Shown here piece by piece: positions 30,434 through 40,998 of a DNA stretch of 64,000 bases. The stretch lies in contig DASPSR010000008.1 in the NCBI GenBank assembly GCA_035623825.1, positions 30,480 through 94,479 on the forward strand. Reading direction: 5' to 3'. The first letter of the stretch is position 1. Each line of letters opens with the position of its first letter. This DNA comes from Nitrospirota bacterium. GTDB taxonomy: Bacteria; Nitrospirota; UBA9217. Below the pieces are notes generated by a model, which made no database searches, was not told where the DNA came from, and saw only the letters and a list, made by a program, of their open reading frames with translations. The translations under genes and the position numbers were made by a program.

Positions 30434-31537
30434 TTACCGCCAGTTTCTTGTGTCGGTGTGACAGCCCGAAGACGTATTCGTGCAGGTAGTTCCGTTATAG
30501 TTCAGCCAGCTATTGGTCGATGCCGAGGCAGTCGCCGAGGAGATCACGTGCGAACGCAGGTCGGGAAAATGGAATGGCGCGTTCGAAAGCTTGATCGTGT
30601 CATGGCAGGAAATGCAGGTAATGCCCTGTTGTACGGCATGAAAGTAATGTTGCCCGGAAAAATAGCCGTTATACAGCGTGTTGCCATAAATATGGCATAA
30701 GAAACACTGTGTCGTGTCGCTGTAATTATAACTGCTCCCATTATACCAGTCCGGCGTCGCGGACGGGTCCGATGTCCAGGTGCTCGACGAGGTGACCTGA
30801 GTAAAAATATCCGGGGGAATCGTACGGATGCTCTGGGCCCTCGGGCCGCCGTGGCAGCTCACGTTTGCGCATGTCGCGCCGGTCCCTGTCCCGAATGACC
30901 CTATCCCTGTTTCCGCGTTATAGGCAGAATCAAAAATGACCTCGACAATCCCGTCCAAATGCTGATCGCATGTCCGGTTATGGCAGGTCTCGCACGTGAC
31001 GCCGGAGAGCGCCATGTGCTTGGCATGTTTGCCAGGAAGGTTCGGGTAGACGTTCCCTGCTGGCGCTAAACCGTCAGGCGGTATCCCATGGCAGGTGCCG
31101 CAGCTTGGTGAGGTCGGGATCGTCGGATGGCACTTCGTGCAGGAGGGGCCGCTTTCCGGAACGCCCGTGAGGTTGGCGCCGTGGCAGTACATGTTTGCAC
31201 AGCCGGTCGTACCGTTCGCCAGTGCGAAAGTGCCATGGTTGGAGCAGGCGTCTCCCATCCACCCGGCCGGGTGGATGTTCGTGACTCCTCCCATGTGGCA
31301 GCTGGTGCAGGAGACACCGGATATCCCGCCGGCAAAATCGGGTCCATGGCAGCCTGAACAAGAATTGAGGTTTGATTCGGCTGCGTCCATATGGGCCGCA
31401 GGAAGCCAGTTGGCCGCGTGGCTGCCCGTGTCCGGATTGAACGGTGATTGCGTGTTCGGGTCGCTGCAGCCGATGAGCAGCGCCGCCAGCACTGGAAGAC
31501 CAAAGGACAGCAACTTCGCCGTTCTTATTTGTGGCAT
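30434..31537 (-). CDS. Multiheme c-type cytochrome lipoprotein (about 10 heme motifs)
   Basis: Lipobox LIGC; 7 CxxCH, 2 CX4CH (CANMYCH, CANVSCH) and 1 CX6CH (CTNTSSGCH). Confidence 0.88.
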   Translation of the reverse strand: MPQIRTAKLLSFGLPVLAALLIGCSDPNTQSPFNPDTGSHAANWLPAAHMDAAESNLNSCSGCHGPDFAGGISGVSCTSCHMGGVTNIHPAGWMGDACSNHGTFALANGTTGCANMYCHGANLTGVPESGPSCTKCHPTIPTSPSCGTCHGIPPDGLAPAGNVYPNLPGKHAKHMALSGVTCETCHNRTCDQHLDGIVEVIFDSAYNAETGIGSFGTGTGATCANVSCHGGPRAQSIRTIPPDIFTQVTSSSTWTSDPSATPDWYNGSSYNYSDTTQCFLCHIYGNTLYNGYFSGQHYFHAVQQGITCISCHDTIKLSNAPFHFPDLRSHVISSATASASTNSWLNYNGTTCTNTSSGCHTDTRNWR

Positions 31538-31974
31538 TCCTTGCACCTCTCGTTGTTCTGGCGGCCGTGGCAGGGGAAACAGGACGCCGGATTGATCCTG
31601 CCATCGATCTGGTGCTGCGTGAGGTAATCGCCCCGGTGGGGCAGAGCCCGATCGGGAGAATCCTTGTACTTATCGCTCGGCTTGACCTCTTCGTTGTTCG
31701 CGTGGCAGTCGGCGCAGAAGGCTTCCGCGTGGCAGATATCGCAGGCCTGTCTCTGCTGGTCCGCGTAGAACTTGTGACGCGTGATGAAGTCCGGGGTGTG
31801 GTTCATCGCCGCGCGCCAGTCTGTGTGACAGTCAGCGCAGATGGGCATGGCCTCCACTTCCACCGGATGTTTTTTCGCGATGCTCGCGGTCTGGACGCAG
31901 GCGGCGAACAGCGTCGCCGCGAGCGCCGCCATCAGAATGCCGAGAGTAAGTAGTTTGGACGGGATGCTCTTCAT
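31525..31974 (-). CDS. Pentaheme cytochrome c lipoprotein (ExtC/ExtF-like)
   Basis: Lipobox FAAC; CADCH, CDICH, CADCH, CFPCH and CKECH. Confidence 0.85.
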   Translation of the reverse strand: MKSIPSKLLTLGILMAALAATLFAACVQTASIAKKHPVEVEAMPICADCHTDWRAAMNHTPDFITRHKFYADQQRQACDICHAEAFCADCHANNEEVKPSDKYKDSPDRALPHRGDYLTQHQIDGRINPASCFPCHGRQNNERCKECHK

Positions 31975-33278
31975 TGATTGTTTCCTCCCTTTGCGCCGGT
32001 CCTGACGTCAAAGTTGTAGACGAACTTCAGGAGTCCTGTGACATTCCTATTGTAGAAGGGGTCCTTTTCGTACTCGACATCGGCGGCCAGACGCGCCTTG
32101 GCCGACAGGGCATATCCGCCGGCAAGCGATGCGGAGTACGCGTTCTTAACGCCGTTGATCTCCACGTCGTACGAAACGGTCAAAAGGTCGATTGCTATGT
32201 CGATCGTGTCGAATTTCTTGGACCCATAGAGCCGGTATTCATCATACTTCAGCGTATCCGTCTGGCCGTCCATCCGGTGGACGGAAAGGCCGGCTGCGAC
32301 GTTGTGCGCACCGGCATAGGTAATCCTCCCACCGTAGTAGCTTGCATCGCCGGCTATGTCATAACTGTATCTTTTGTAGTCCGCCGAGAGTATCGCCTTC
32401 CCGAGACTGAACGATACTTCCTCGCCGATGCTGGAGACCGTTTCCTGGGGGTTGATTATGGCCGGGTCGAGCTTGAAGGCGGTTGTGGTAGCGGCGGTGA
32501 AATAATCCTTGTAGCTGACGTATGTGTATATCGTGCGGAAGGTTACGATGCTGAAGGGGCCGAGCGTCAGGCAGTAATTATGCTGCGCCCAGTCAGAGGT
32601 GATCGCGTTGTAGAGCGACGTGCCCGCGAGTTCGACCTTGTCAACGGGCCGTAACCAGAGATCAAGCCCTTCTTCTTTCCTGAAGTCGGTGCCGCTGTTC
32701 TTCTCCAGGAGATAGGTAAATCCGACCCGGTACAGACCGTAGATCCCCTGGCTGATCCGGCCGCCGTAGAGGGAACCATCTGAGCGGGTAGCGGAACCAG
32801 GCGGAACCGGGCCTCCGCCGGTCGCGTTGACGATCGTCCCCTGCGGCGACACGGGGTGGCCGCCGAAAGCGGCGACAGTGAACCCGCCCATGAAGTCCGT
32901 CCGCCCGTAAGCCCCGTCAATGATCTCCGATGACGTGCCTTCGTTCACATACAGTCTCCCGAGATTCAGGAACGTATTCCCCGTGTCCCGTTTCAAGCTC
33001 AAATACGCGTATTGGAGATCGCTCGATGACTTCACGCCAAAGGTTTCATCTTGAAAATCGTACCGGTACCAGCCGCCGAAATGGATTGAGATGCTCGGTG
33101 AGCCGAGGTCCTCGGCTTTGAAGTTCAAGTATTCATAGAACGGCAGTTGTCGCGTCGAATCTGACGTTTCCCGCGAGAACAGATAGCTGTTTGACTGACC
33201 GGAGAATTCGACGGCGGAGGCAACGGATGAAAAGAACAGTACGAGCAGCACCGATAGAGACGGGCGAACAATTCTCAT
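31971..33278 (-). CDS. Outer-membrane beta-barrel porin of a porin-cytochrome complex (ExtB/ExtE-like)
   Basis: Signal peptide; alternating aromatic beta-strands (PFYEYL, LQYAYL, KFVYNF); overlaps the pentaheme gene. Confidence 0.75.
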   Translation of the reverse strand: MRIVRPSLSVLLVLFFSSVASAVEFSGQSNSYLFSRETSDSTRQLPFYEYLNFKAEDLGSPSISIHFGGWYRYDFQDETFGVKSSSDLQYAYLSLKRDTGNTFLNLGRLYVNEGTSSEIIDGAYGRTDFMGGFTVAAFGGHPVSPQGTIVNATGGGPVPPGSATRSDGSLYGGRISQGIYGLYRVGFTYLLEKNSGTDFRKEEGLDLWLRPVDKVELAGTSLYNAITSDWAQHNYCLTLGPFSIVTFRTIYTYVSYKDYFTAATTTAFKLDPAIINPQETVSSIGEEVSFSLGKAILSADYKRYSYDIAGDASYYGGRITYAGAHNVAAGLSVHRMDGQTDTLKYDEYRLYGSKKFDTIDIAIDLLTVSYDVEINGVKNAYSASLAGGYALSAKARLAADVEYEKDPFYNRNVTGLLKFVYNFDVRTGAKGGNNQ

Positions 33279-33410
33279 GTCCACGCTCCCTGACAAAAAA
33301 TGCAACCAAATAAAGTGGCTCATGATAGCGTAGGGGGGGAAGTTTTGTCAATCAGAATTCCAGTGACCTGAATCACATGGGTGATTCCGGAGAAATGCAT
33401 GATAAGGATG

Positions 33411-34865
33411 CTACAAGGAATCGAGCACGCGCGTCACGCGGTGGAGTTCCTTCCAGCGCCGGTACCGTCGCTCTGCCCCGGGGTTCTCCTCGCCGTTCAC
33501 CGTTTCACCCAGGGATGTGATCCTCTTGATCTCCTCGATGCCCCAGGTGCCTCGCATGAGTCCCGCGAGCAGGGCGGCGCCGAGCGCCGAAACCTCCTGC
33601 TCCCTGCTCACGATGACGTCCTTCCTTAAAATGTCGGCTTGGATCTGGGTCAGGTAGCTCACCGACGACAGTCCTCCCGAGACGGCAAATGCACGCGGCT
33701 CGAGGCCTGCGGACCTCATCGTTTCAACGATGTCCTTCATGAAGAACGCTGTCCCTTCTATGGTCCCGCGGACGATATCCGCAGCCGTGCTCGCGGCGGT
33801 GAGGCCGTGGACGGAAGTCGAGATCCCGCTCTCCCAGTGAGGAGCGCCCGTGCCGTTCAGGCCGACAAAGACCAGAACGTCGGTCGACGCCTTCCAGCAG
33901 AGGTCATCGACCTCGGCGAAGTCGGTGAAGAGACGCAGGTTGTCCCTGAGCCATACGAGGGAGTCGCCGACGGCATTGACGCTCCCTTCGAGCAGGTAGT
34001 GACGCGCCCGGTCCGTGGAATAATGTACGGACGACATCAAGCCCGGCGCCGGGATGAGCTCATGCCCCGTGTTCACCATCAAAAAGCCGCCAGTGCCGTA
34101 ATTGATCCCCCCGTCACCCTTTTCTACCACCCCGAGGCCGATCATGGCCGCCTGCTGGTCGCCGATCGATGCAAGGAGCGGATAGGCTCCTGAAGCTTTT
34201 GGAAGCCGGCCGAACTCCATTGCTGTCGGGGCGATCTCTGGAAGGCGGATGCCGTCCAGTCCGAACAACCTGATAAGATCCTGGTCCCATTCGAGCGACC
34301 GTATGTTCAAAAGCTGGGTGCGTGCGGCATTGGCATGGTCGATCACGGACCGCTCTCTTCCGGTCAGCCGCTGGACCAGGAAGCTGCTCACCGTGCCGAA
34401 GACAGTCGTCTCCTGGCGGGAAGCAGGATTGTTCTCCTTGAGCCAGCGGAGCTTGGATGCGGAATAGTAGGGCGTTAGAGGCAGCCCCGATGTGCTCCAT
34501 ATCGTGGCCTCTTCAGAGGCCATTTGGCGGATGAGGTCATGGCCCCGCGTGTCGCGCCAGCTGATGACCGGCGAAAGAGGCTCTCCTGTCGCCTCGTTCC
34601 AGATCAGGCAGGAGGAGCGCTGGCACGACAGGCCGACCCCCAGGATGTCGAAGCCAGAAGCGCGGGCAGACTCGATGGATTCGTTCAACGCCTCCTCTAC
34701 CGACCGCAGGATCTCGTTCGGGTCATGCTCGATGCGGCCCCCATCCCGTAGCGGAAGAGGAAGGTTTCTTTTCGTCGTATAGAGGACCTGTCCCTCCGTG
34801 CTGATGGCCAGGGCCTTTGTCGAACTGCTGCCCTGGTCTATTCCGATGAAGCAATCTTTTGGCAT
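33411..34865 (-). CDS. FGGY-family carbohydrate kinase (glycerol kinase-like)
   Basis: IGIDQGSSSTK, ISWRDTR, YYSASKLRW, IGDQQAA, YGTGGF and GAPHW motifs. Confidence 0.88.
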   Translation of the reverse strand: MPKDCFIGIDQGSSSTKALAISTEGQVLYTTKRNLPLPLRDGGRIEHDPNEILRSVEEALNESIESARASGFDILGVGLSCQRSSCLIWNEATGEPLSPVISWRDTRGHDLIRQMASEEATIWSTSGLPLTPYYSASKLRWLKENNPASRQETTVFGTVSSFLVQRLTGRERSVIDHANAARTQLLNIRSLEWDQDLIRLFGLDGIRLPEIAPTAMEFGRLPKASGAYPLLASIGDQQAAMIGLGVVEKGDGGINYGTGGFLMVNTGHELIPAPGLMSSVHYSTDRARHYLLEGSVNAVGDSLVWLRDNLRLFTDFAEVDDLCWKASTDVLVFVGLNGTGAPHWESGISTSVHGLTAASTAADIVRGTIEGTAFFMKDIVETMRSAGLEPRAFAVSGGLSSVSYLTQIQADILRKDVIVSREQEVSALGAALLAGLMRGTWGIEEIKRITSLGETVNGEENPGAERRYRRWKELHRVTRVLDSL

Positions 34866-35072
34866 CCCTGCCCCCCTGTGAGGATCTAACGATCGATAGC
34901 TTAAGTTTACACGCCCCGTTGGGTGAGGTCAAATCCCCTGAAGGATTCGTCAAGGCAGGCCGGCTTGATAGAGTATTTCTATATATCATTCGCGTTTCCA
35001 TCGGTATTTGCAATTTGACCATAGGCGGAACCGATGATATCTTTGAACCGGAAAGAGCGGAGGGAAAGGGCC

Positions 35073-36122
35073 ATGGCCGAAGAGAAAAAAGAGGAGAAGT
35101 TCAGGCTTACGGCACTAAGTCATGGGGCAGGCTGAGCGTGCAAGCTCGGTCCACAGGTCCTGGACCAGATACTCAAGTCCCTGCCTGCTGTCTCCGATCC
35201 CCGGGTACTGGTGGGCACCGAGGACGATGCCGGCGTCTATCAGATCACGGACGACCTCGCCATCGTCCAGACCGTGGATTTCTTCACGCCGATCGTCGAC
35301 GATCCCTACGATTTCGGGGCCATAGCCGCGGCCAACGCCCTCTCCGACATCTACGCCATGGGCGCCAAGCCGCTTACCGCGCTCAACCTGGTGGCCTTCC
35401 CGAAGGACGGGCCCCTGGAAGTCCTCGCCGGAATCATGCGGGGCGGTGCCGACAAGGCGATGGAGGCCGGTGCGAGCATCATCGGCGGCCACTCCATCGA
35501 TGACCGTGAGCCGAAGTACGGGATGGCCGTGACCGGCATCGTGGACCCCAAGAAGATGGCGCTCAAGGGAGGCGCGAAGGCAGGAGACGCGCTCGTTCTT
35601 ACCAAGCCGCTCGGCATCGGCATCATCTCAACGGCCATCAAGGCGGGCAGGGCTTCCGGGGAGGTCATCGCAATCGCCACGCGGAACATGAAGGCCCTGA
35701 ACAGAGATGCATCCGATGCGATGGCACGGGCAGGGATTAAGGGGGCGACGGACATCACGGGATTCGGCCTGCTCGGCCACTTGCACGAGATGCTCCATGT
35801 GAGCGGAGTGAGCGCGCGGTTGACGTTCTCCGGCATCCCGTTCATCCCCGGCGTCGGTGAGCTGGTAAAGTTCAGCGTTCCCGGCGGGACACGCGCGAAC
35901 CTCCGGTACATGAGCGACAAGGTAGGATGGGCGGCCGGCATCACCGAGGACGAGAAGCTTATGCTCGCCGACGCCCAGACGTCGGGCGGGCTCCTGATCG
36001 CTGTCCCGCGGGACAGGCTCGAGGGCCTTCTGGCCGAACTCGCCGCGCGGGGCGTTGAGACCCGCTCAGTGATCGGATATGTCACGGAAGGGGACGCGGG
36101 GAAGATATCCGTCGCGCGATAG
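35073..36122 (+). CDS. selD: Selenide,water dikinase SelD (selenoprotein; TGA 35133-35135 read as Sec)
   Basis: MAEEKKEEKFRLTALSHGAG-TGA-ACKLGP; DDAGVY, QTVDFFTP, DITGFGL and DAQTSGGLL; SECIS-like hairpin GGTCCA...TGGACC at 35148-35166. Confidence 0.95.
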
Positions 36123-36129
36123 GGGGAAC

Positions 36130-36678
36130 ATGAAAATCTGTTCGGGCGATGGAGAAAGGATCAGGTTCCTGTACCGCGATCCGCTTTTTGAACGGGGTCT
36201 TGAGGACCTACGTAAAAAGGGCGGTGAAGCCGCTGGCGCCGCAAAAAAAGTTGATGAGTTTGTCTGCGCCCTCACGCAGAGCGAGGGGCGGAATGGCCGG
36301 GAAAAGTTCAGATTTACCCGGAACGGCGAATACCGGATCAGAAACTGCAGGAAAGTCGATCTGGGTAGCGGATACCGGCTCGTCTGCATAAAAAAGGGCC
36401 CGCACCTTTCGCTGCTGTATGTAGGAACACATGACGACTGTTTTCGGTGGATCGAACGCAACATCGGTCTTAAATATGAGTTTGACGCGATGAAAACCGC
36501 TTTGGAGGTCGCGCAGGAGATCGCCCCCGTCAAAGACGACTGTCCAAACGACGCTCTCAACGACCAGCGCATGTTTGAAGAGTATGAGTCGTCGATCATG
36601 AGCCGCGTTGATGATGCCGTTCTGCGTAAAGTATTTTCCGGATTGTGCCAACAACGGCCCTTAAGCAAAAAACGCTGA
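36130..36678 (+). CDS. Hypothetical protein with a RelE/ParE-like N-terminal pattern
   Basis: KVDLGSGYRLV...LLYVGTHDDC resembles the end of the RelE fold; family call tentative. Confidence 0.5.
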   Translation: MKICSGDGERIRFLYRDPLFERGLEDLRKKGGEAAGAAKKVDEFVCALTQSEGRNGREKFRFTRNGEYRIRNCRKVDLGSGYRLVCIKKGPHLSLLYVGTHDDCFRWIERNIGLKYEFDAMKTALEVAQEIAPVKDDCPNDALNDQRMFEEYESSIMSRVDDAVLRKVFSGLCQQRPLSKKR

Positions 36679-36884
36679 AAAGTAGATTCCTGAAGCTTGA
36701 CTGTGCCGGAAAGCCGGACAGGAGAAATAAGATCAACGATCTAAGAATGGAATAATGACAATGGGTAACTTCGAAGTAATGGCCTATCCCGGATGTGGAA
36801 AGAATCTCGGGATGAAGCCCATAGCCAGCATGCCTTATGATATTTTGTGCTGGACGCAAGCAGGGAGATGAGGAGGTAGTCTTT

Positions 36885-37484
36885 ATGCTGATCGATGCGC
36901 GGGGGCAGGGCTGCCCAAAGCCCGTGATGATGGCCGAAGAGGCTCTTTCGAAAATAGGGGAGGGCATCGTCGACGTGCTCGTGGACAATGAGGACTCGGC
37001 GTTAAACGTTTCCGGCTGGGCGGCCCAGAACGGCATGTTCGCGGAAGTACAGAAAGAGGGCAGGGACTGGAAGGTCAAGATCGTCAAAGGCTACACCTGC
37101 GAGACCGGTCTGGAGTCCGGTGTCACGAGTGCTCTGCCAAAAGCGGAAAGGAAGAGCCTTCTCCTCATCGTCGGGAGCGACGTCATGGGCAGGGAAGAGG
37201 ATCTGGGCAAGACCCTGATGAAGGCGTTCTTCGAGACCATGAAAGTGTACAAGCAGCTCCCTCATACGATATTTCTGCTCAATACGGGGGTGAACCTGGC
37301 CACCGTCAATGCCGACATCGTGGGGCTCCTCCGCGAGATCGAGAAAATGGGCGTGGAGATTTATTCCTGCGGCACCTGCCTCACGAAATACAACCTCGAA
37401 TCGGAGCTCAAGGTCGGCCATCGGGGCACCATGAACATCGTCGTGGAAGGGATGCAGGACTTCGAGAAGGTTGTGTGGATGTAG
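36885..37484 (+). CDS. yedF: Selenium metabolism protein YedF (TusA/SirA plus DsrE-like domains)
   Basis: IDARGQGCPKPV, LGKTLMKAFF and SCGTCL motifs; lies near selD. Confidence 0.88.
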   Translation: MLIDARGQGCPKPVMMAEEALSKIGEGIVDVLVDNEDSALNVSGWAAQNGMFAEVQKEGRDWKVKIVKGYTCETGLESGVTSALPKAERKSLLLIVGSDVMGREEDLGKTLMKAFFETMKVYKQLPHTIFLLNTGVNLATVNADIVGLLREIEKMGVEIYSCGTCLTKYNLESELKVGHRGTMNIVVEGMQDFEKVVWM

Positions 37485-37598
37485 GCCAGAGGCCCTGGGG
37501 GTCTTCTCTTTAAGGAACGGAGATACCTTTACGTTACGGTCTTCACATTCGATTCTCGCCGAAATATCCTGCTGTTTCCGGCAAGCGCGTACGCTGCG

Positions 37599-38258
37599 TC
37601 ATAAGTATTCAACCTGAAGCAAAGGCGCGAGGGCCCCTCGGTTCGCGCCGGTCGTGTCGTCGATTTCGATAAGCCCCGGAGCCACCGCGCTGAAATCCTC
37701 CAGTATGCGGATCTGGAAGTCGGGCAGCGCCAGGCTTTGTGCCTGCGCCATCAATGAAGTGACATCGATGAATACGTGGCCGCCGACGTCTGCTGAGGAA
37801 ATCGGCGTTAGAACCGCAAGAGAGGCGAGCGGCGGAAGGCTTGTACGGTCAAAATCATTCGGTATCAGCGGAGGCGTAAAGGAAACGAGATCGATAAGAA
37901 TGGGAACGGTATCGCCCGGTGATTGAAGAACGATATTGTCGATAACTATATCGATGGTTGCCGATACAATGACGGCGTTGAGCGGGATGCCGTTCGGGCC
38001 TGACAGGGGGAAATGCAGGAACGCGCGGGATTCGTCCCCTGAAGCTGGATCGATGCCGGCAAATACGCTCTGTACAGCAGGAGTCATGCCCTCCGTTACG
38101 GTGCCGGGGGGAACCAGGATATCACCATCAATACCCGAGTCGCTCAAAATCTGCGTAAGCGCCGCCGGGGGCGCCGCAGAGCCGCTGCTGCTGTTGCCGC
38201 ACCCTATCAGTGCCATGCTTAGAAGCACTGCCGTTGACGCAAGGAGTGCCCTTTTCAT
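37599..38258 (-). CDS. Lipoprotein of unknown function (beta-sandwich)
   Basis: Lipobox LIGC; SRAFLHFPL and APLLQVEY motifs. Confidence 0.65.
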   Translation of the reverse strand: MKRALLASTAVLLSMALIGCGNSSSGSAAPPAALTQILSDSGIDGDILVPPGTVTEGMTPAVQSVFAGIDPASGDESRAFLHFPLSGPNGIPLNAVIVSATIDIVIDNIVLQSPGDTVPILIDLVSFTPPLIPNDFDRTSLPPLASLAVLTPISSADVGGHVFIDVTSLMAQAQSLALPDFQIRILEDFSAVAPGLIEIDDTTGANRGALAPLLQVEYL

Positions 38259-38524
38259 GACTGCCTCTCCTGTTTTTATTAATGCCCGCCGCCGAACGCT
38301 GCACCGTAAAGTAGAGTTCATTATACCGCAAAGTTTATCATAAATCGATTCGCCATTTTTAAGACATTTCGGAAGGAGATCCGCAAGACCGTATGGAAGG
38401 CGTTCTTCGCAGTGACAGCCTCACGAAAATACAAGTCGAATCGAAGCTCATAGAGGTTATCGGGGCACCGTGAACATGCTGTTAAAAGGGAAGGAGGATT
38501 TCGAGAAGATAACGTAGGTTGAGG

Positions 38525-39298
38525 CTACAGGCCGCTTACAGCCCTTTTCTTCAGGGCTTTGTTCTTATGGTTCGATGGGTCGTCGGTGACCAAGATCGCG
38601 CCGTCTTCTCCGTAGCCCATGTAGATTATGTACTGGTGGCTGTCGGACATCTTACCGGTGCCGTGGTAAAGCTTCATGATCTTCTGGACATATTCCTGCG
38701 TTTCCTTGAACGGAGGGACTGTACCCCAACGCTTTACTGCGGTCTCTCCCGAGTTATAAGCTGCAAGGGCGAGAGAGAGGTTCCCTTCATACCGGTCCAG
38801 CAGGTATCTTAGGTATTTTACCCCACCATCGATGTTCTCATCCGGATCAAATGTGTTCCTGACGTTCATGTCCAGTGCCGTCTGCGGCATGAGCTGCATG
38901 AGTCCCATGGCGCCCTTCTGGGAGAGCGCCAGAGGGTTATAGTCCGATTCCACTTTCACGAGCGCATGCACGAGCGCGGGATCGACGCCATGGCGGTCGC
39001 AGGCGGAATTGATGCGATCCAGATAGGCACTCGGGATGTTCGTAGAGGAAATGTTCGTGGACGAGACTGCGCTTACTGCCGCAAGCGGGGACACTGATTG
39101 CGAGGCCGGCTTGGCTGATGATGGGGTCTTCCTGGATTCGGACTGCACTCGCTGGTATTTTTTACCCTTGACTACATTTACGTTGGTGAAATGCACCACG
39201 CCGTTCTCATCGATATACTTATAGATATCGGCATGGGCCGAATGATACGGCAGGGCCGCCAGCATCGCGGCACAGGTTACGAGGGTTCGTATGTTCAC
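38525..39298 (-). CDS. Lytic transglycosylase (DUF4124 plus SLT domain)
   Basis: IYKYIDENGVVHFTN, KVESDYNP, GAMGLMQLMP, ALAAYNSG and ETQEYV motifs. Confidence 0.92.
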   Translation of the reverse strand: MNIRTLVTCAAMLAALPYHSAHADIYKYIDENGVVHFTNVNVVKGKKYQRVQSESRKTPSSAKPASQSVSPLAAVSAVSSTNISSTNIPSAYLDRINSACDRHGVDPALVHALVKVESDYNPLALSQKGAMGLMQLMPQTALDMNVRNTFDPDENIDGGVKYLRYLLDRYEGNLSLALAAYNSGETAVKRWGTVPPFKETQEYVQKIMKLYHGTGKMSDSHQYIIYMGYGEDGAILVTDDPSNHKNKALKKRAVSGL

Positions 39299-39734
39299 CA
39301 GGAGCCCCTTTAAGCGCCAATTCTACAGCGTATTAATACTAAATTAGCAGAAAAAAACTGTTTTGTCAACATAAGATTGTCAATAACCTTTGTCGCCCAT
39401 CCGTTTCTACTCATCGTCATAAATATCCAGAATCTATAGTTTCTTGGCGCTACGTGGTGATACATTACGTGCGGTGCAATCATTAACGTGGACGCCGCAA
39501 GTGCTGGGTTCTCATTCATTTACGATGTCAGTGCAAAGAGAATTCATTTTATCTGTGAAGATATTGCGTTTCTACAACTTTTGTCCGTCGCCTCGAGCCT
39601 GATTTTTGCCCCGAAGTCTGATGCGGCTGAAGGCGACCGTTTCAGTGTGAAAAAATACCGAATGTAACTTTTTTGCGGTTCCAGCGTCTAACCTTAAAGA
39701 GAACGAATGTCGTACATGAAAGAAGGGGGATAAA

Positions 39735-40814
39735 ATGAAAAAGTGGCTGTCTATTCTGTCGGCAGCCAGCTTACTCCTTTATCCTTTCGCGACCTTTGCA
39801 GAAGACTACGGGTCGCAGACATCGCAAGCACAACAAGTCCCTCCTGTAGCCCAGATTTTGGTACGTGAAGGCGATTTCGCGGTCAAGCTGGCGGCCGAAC
39901 TCGGTTTAGGTAACCCGACGAAAGAAGCGGCGGCAGAGGAGATGCTGGCTCAAGAAGGCATCGAGCCACTGAACGGGTGGATCTCGGATTATCCGATGAC
40001 CCCTCAAATCATCGGGCAGTTGAATGACTCGCTGGTCAAGGCCGCTGCTGGAAACAGAATTCCGATTACCGCTCAGGAGGCCACGCAGAGACTATACGTT
40101 CTGACTGCAGAGCTGAACCTTGCTGCTCCGGCTGGTCCGAGCAGTGCCGCTCCTGCCGCTCAGGCCAACCCCAATTACGTTGACGAGTACTACTATTATC
40201 AGGGGCCTCCTGTCGTAACTTATTATCCACCTCCGGTGGATTACGCTTACCTCTACGACTGGGTGCCTTATCCTGTCGTCTGGTTCGGCTTCTCGTTCCC
40301 GGGTTTTTTCATCTGCCATAACTTCACCACGACGGTCATCGTGACGAACACGAGACTAGTGACGAGAACGGGCATTGTGACCAACCGGATCATCAACCCG
40401 GACACCAGGACCGTCGTTCGGGTCGACCCCGTTGTCAGGACGAGCACGGGAACGATAAGGCCGGAAACCGCGCTCAGGACCGAGAATGACGAGATGTTTA
40501 AGACCTTTGCGGACGTGAGGCAGGGTGTAAATATGGCCGGGGTCAGCGCCATGAGGCCGGGAACTTTGACGAACGCCGCACTTAAAACCCAAGGGTTCAG
40601 GTACTCCGGTGCCAGAGAGAGCGCCCAGGCCATCGTTACAAGGAGCGATCTGGCAGCAAATTCGCATATTGCCAGCGGATTCAGCAGTCGGAGGCAGATT
40701 GCCGCGCCTGCAGCGCCAGCAAGGACGTTCAGGCCTGTCGCGCCTCCCGTGATGCATAGGGGCTTCGCTCCCATGAGACCTTCATCCGGCAACGGATGGC
40801 ATGGAAGAGGGTAA
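39735..40814 (+). CDS. Secreted hypothetical protein with a Tyr/Pro-rich middle and low-complexity tail
   Basis: Signal peptide; AAGGGGG RBS; YYPPPVDYAYLYDWVPYP. Confidence 0.7.
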   Translation: MKKWLSILSAASLLLYPFATFAEDYGSQTSQAQQVPPVAQILVREGDFAVKLAAELGLGNPTKEAAAEEMLAQEGIEPLNGWISDYPMTPQIIGQLNDSLVKAAAGNRIPITAQEATQRLYVLTAELNLAAPAGPSSAAPAAQANPNYVDEYYYYQGPPVVTYYPPPVDYAYLYDWVPYPVVWFGFSFPGFFICHNFTTTVIVTNTRLVTRTGIVTNRIINPDTRTVVRVDPVVRTSTGTIRPETALRTENDEMFKTFADVRQGVNMAGVSAMRPGTLTNAALKTQGFRYSGARESAQAIVTRSDLAANSHIASGFSSRRQIAAPAAPARTFRPVAPPVMHRGFAPMRPSSGNGWHGRG

Positions 40815-40927
40815 AACAAAGGCTGCTTCACATGTGATTTCTGAACAGGGCGACTGAAGAGACAAAGTTAGTTGCCCTGTTCGGGCTACCGAATCATATC
40901 CAACATATTAGGATTTTCTGGCCAATT

Positions 40928-40966
40928 AAAAAAAGAGCCTCCAACTTCAAAATGGTTGAGGCTCTT
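40928..40966 (-). terminator. Intrinsic terminator between convergent genes
   Basis: AAGAGCCTC/GAGGCTCTT stem with an A-tract on the left (U-tract on the minus strand). Confidence 0.7.
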
Positions 40967-40998
40967 CGCTTTGTTGTCCATCTGGCGCCGACAACACG

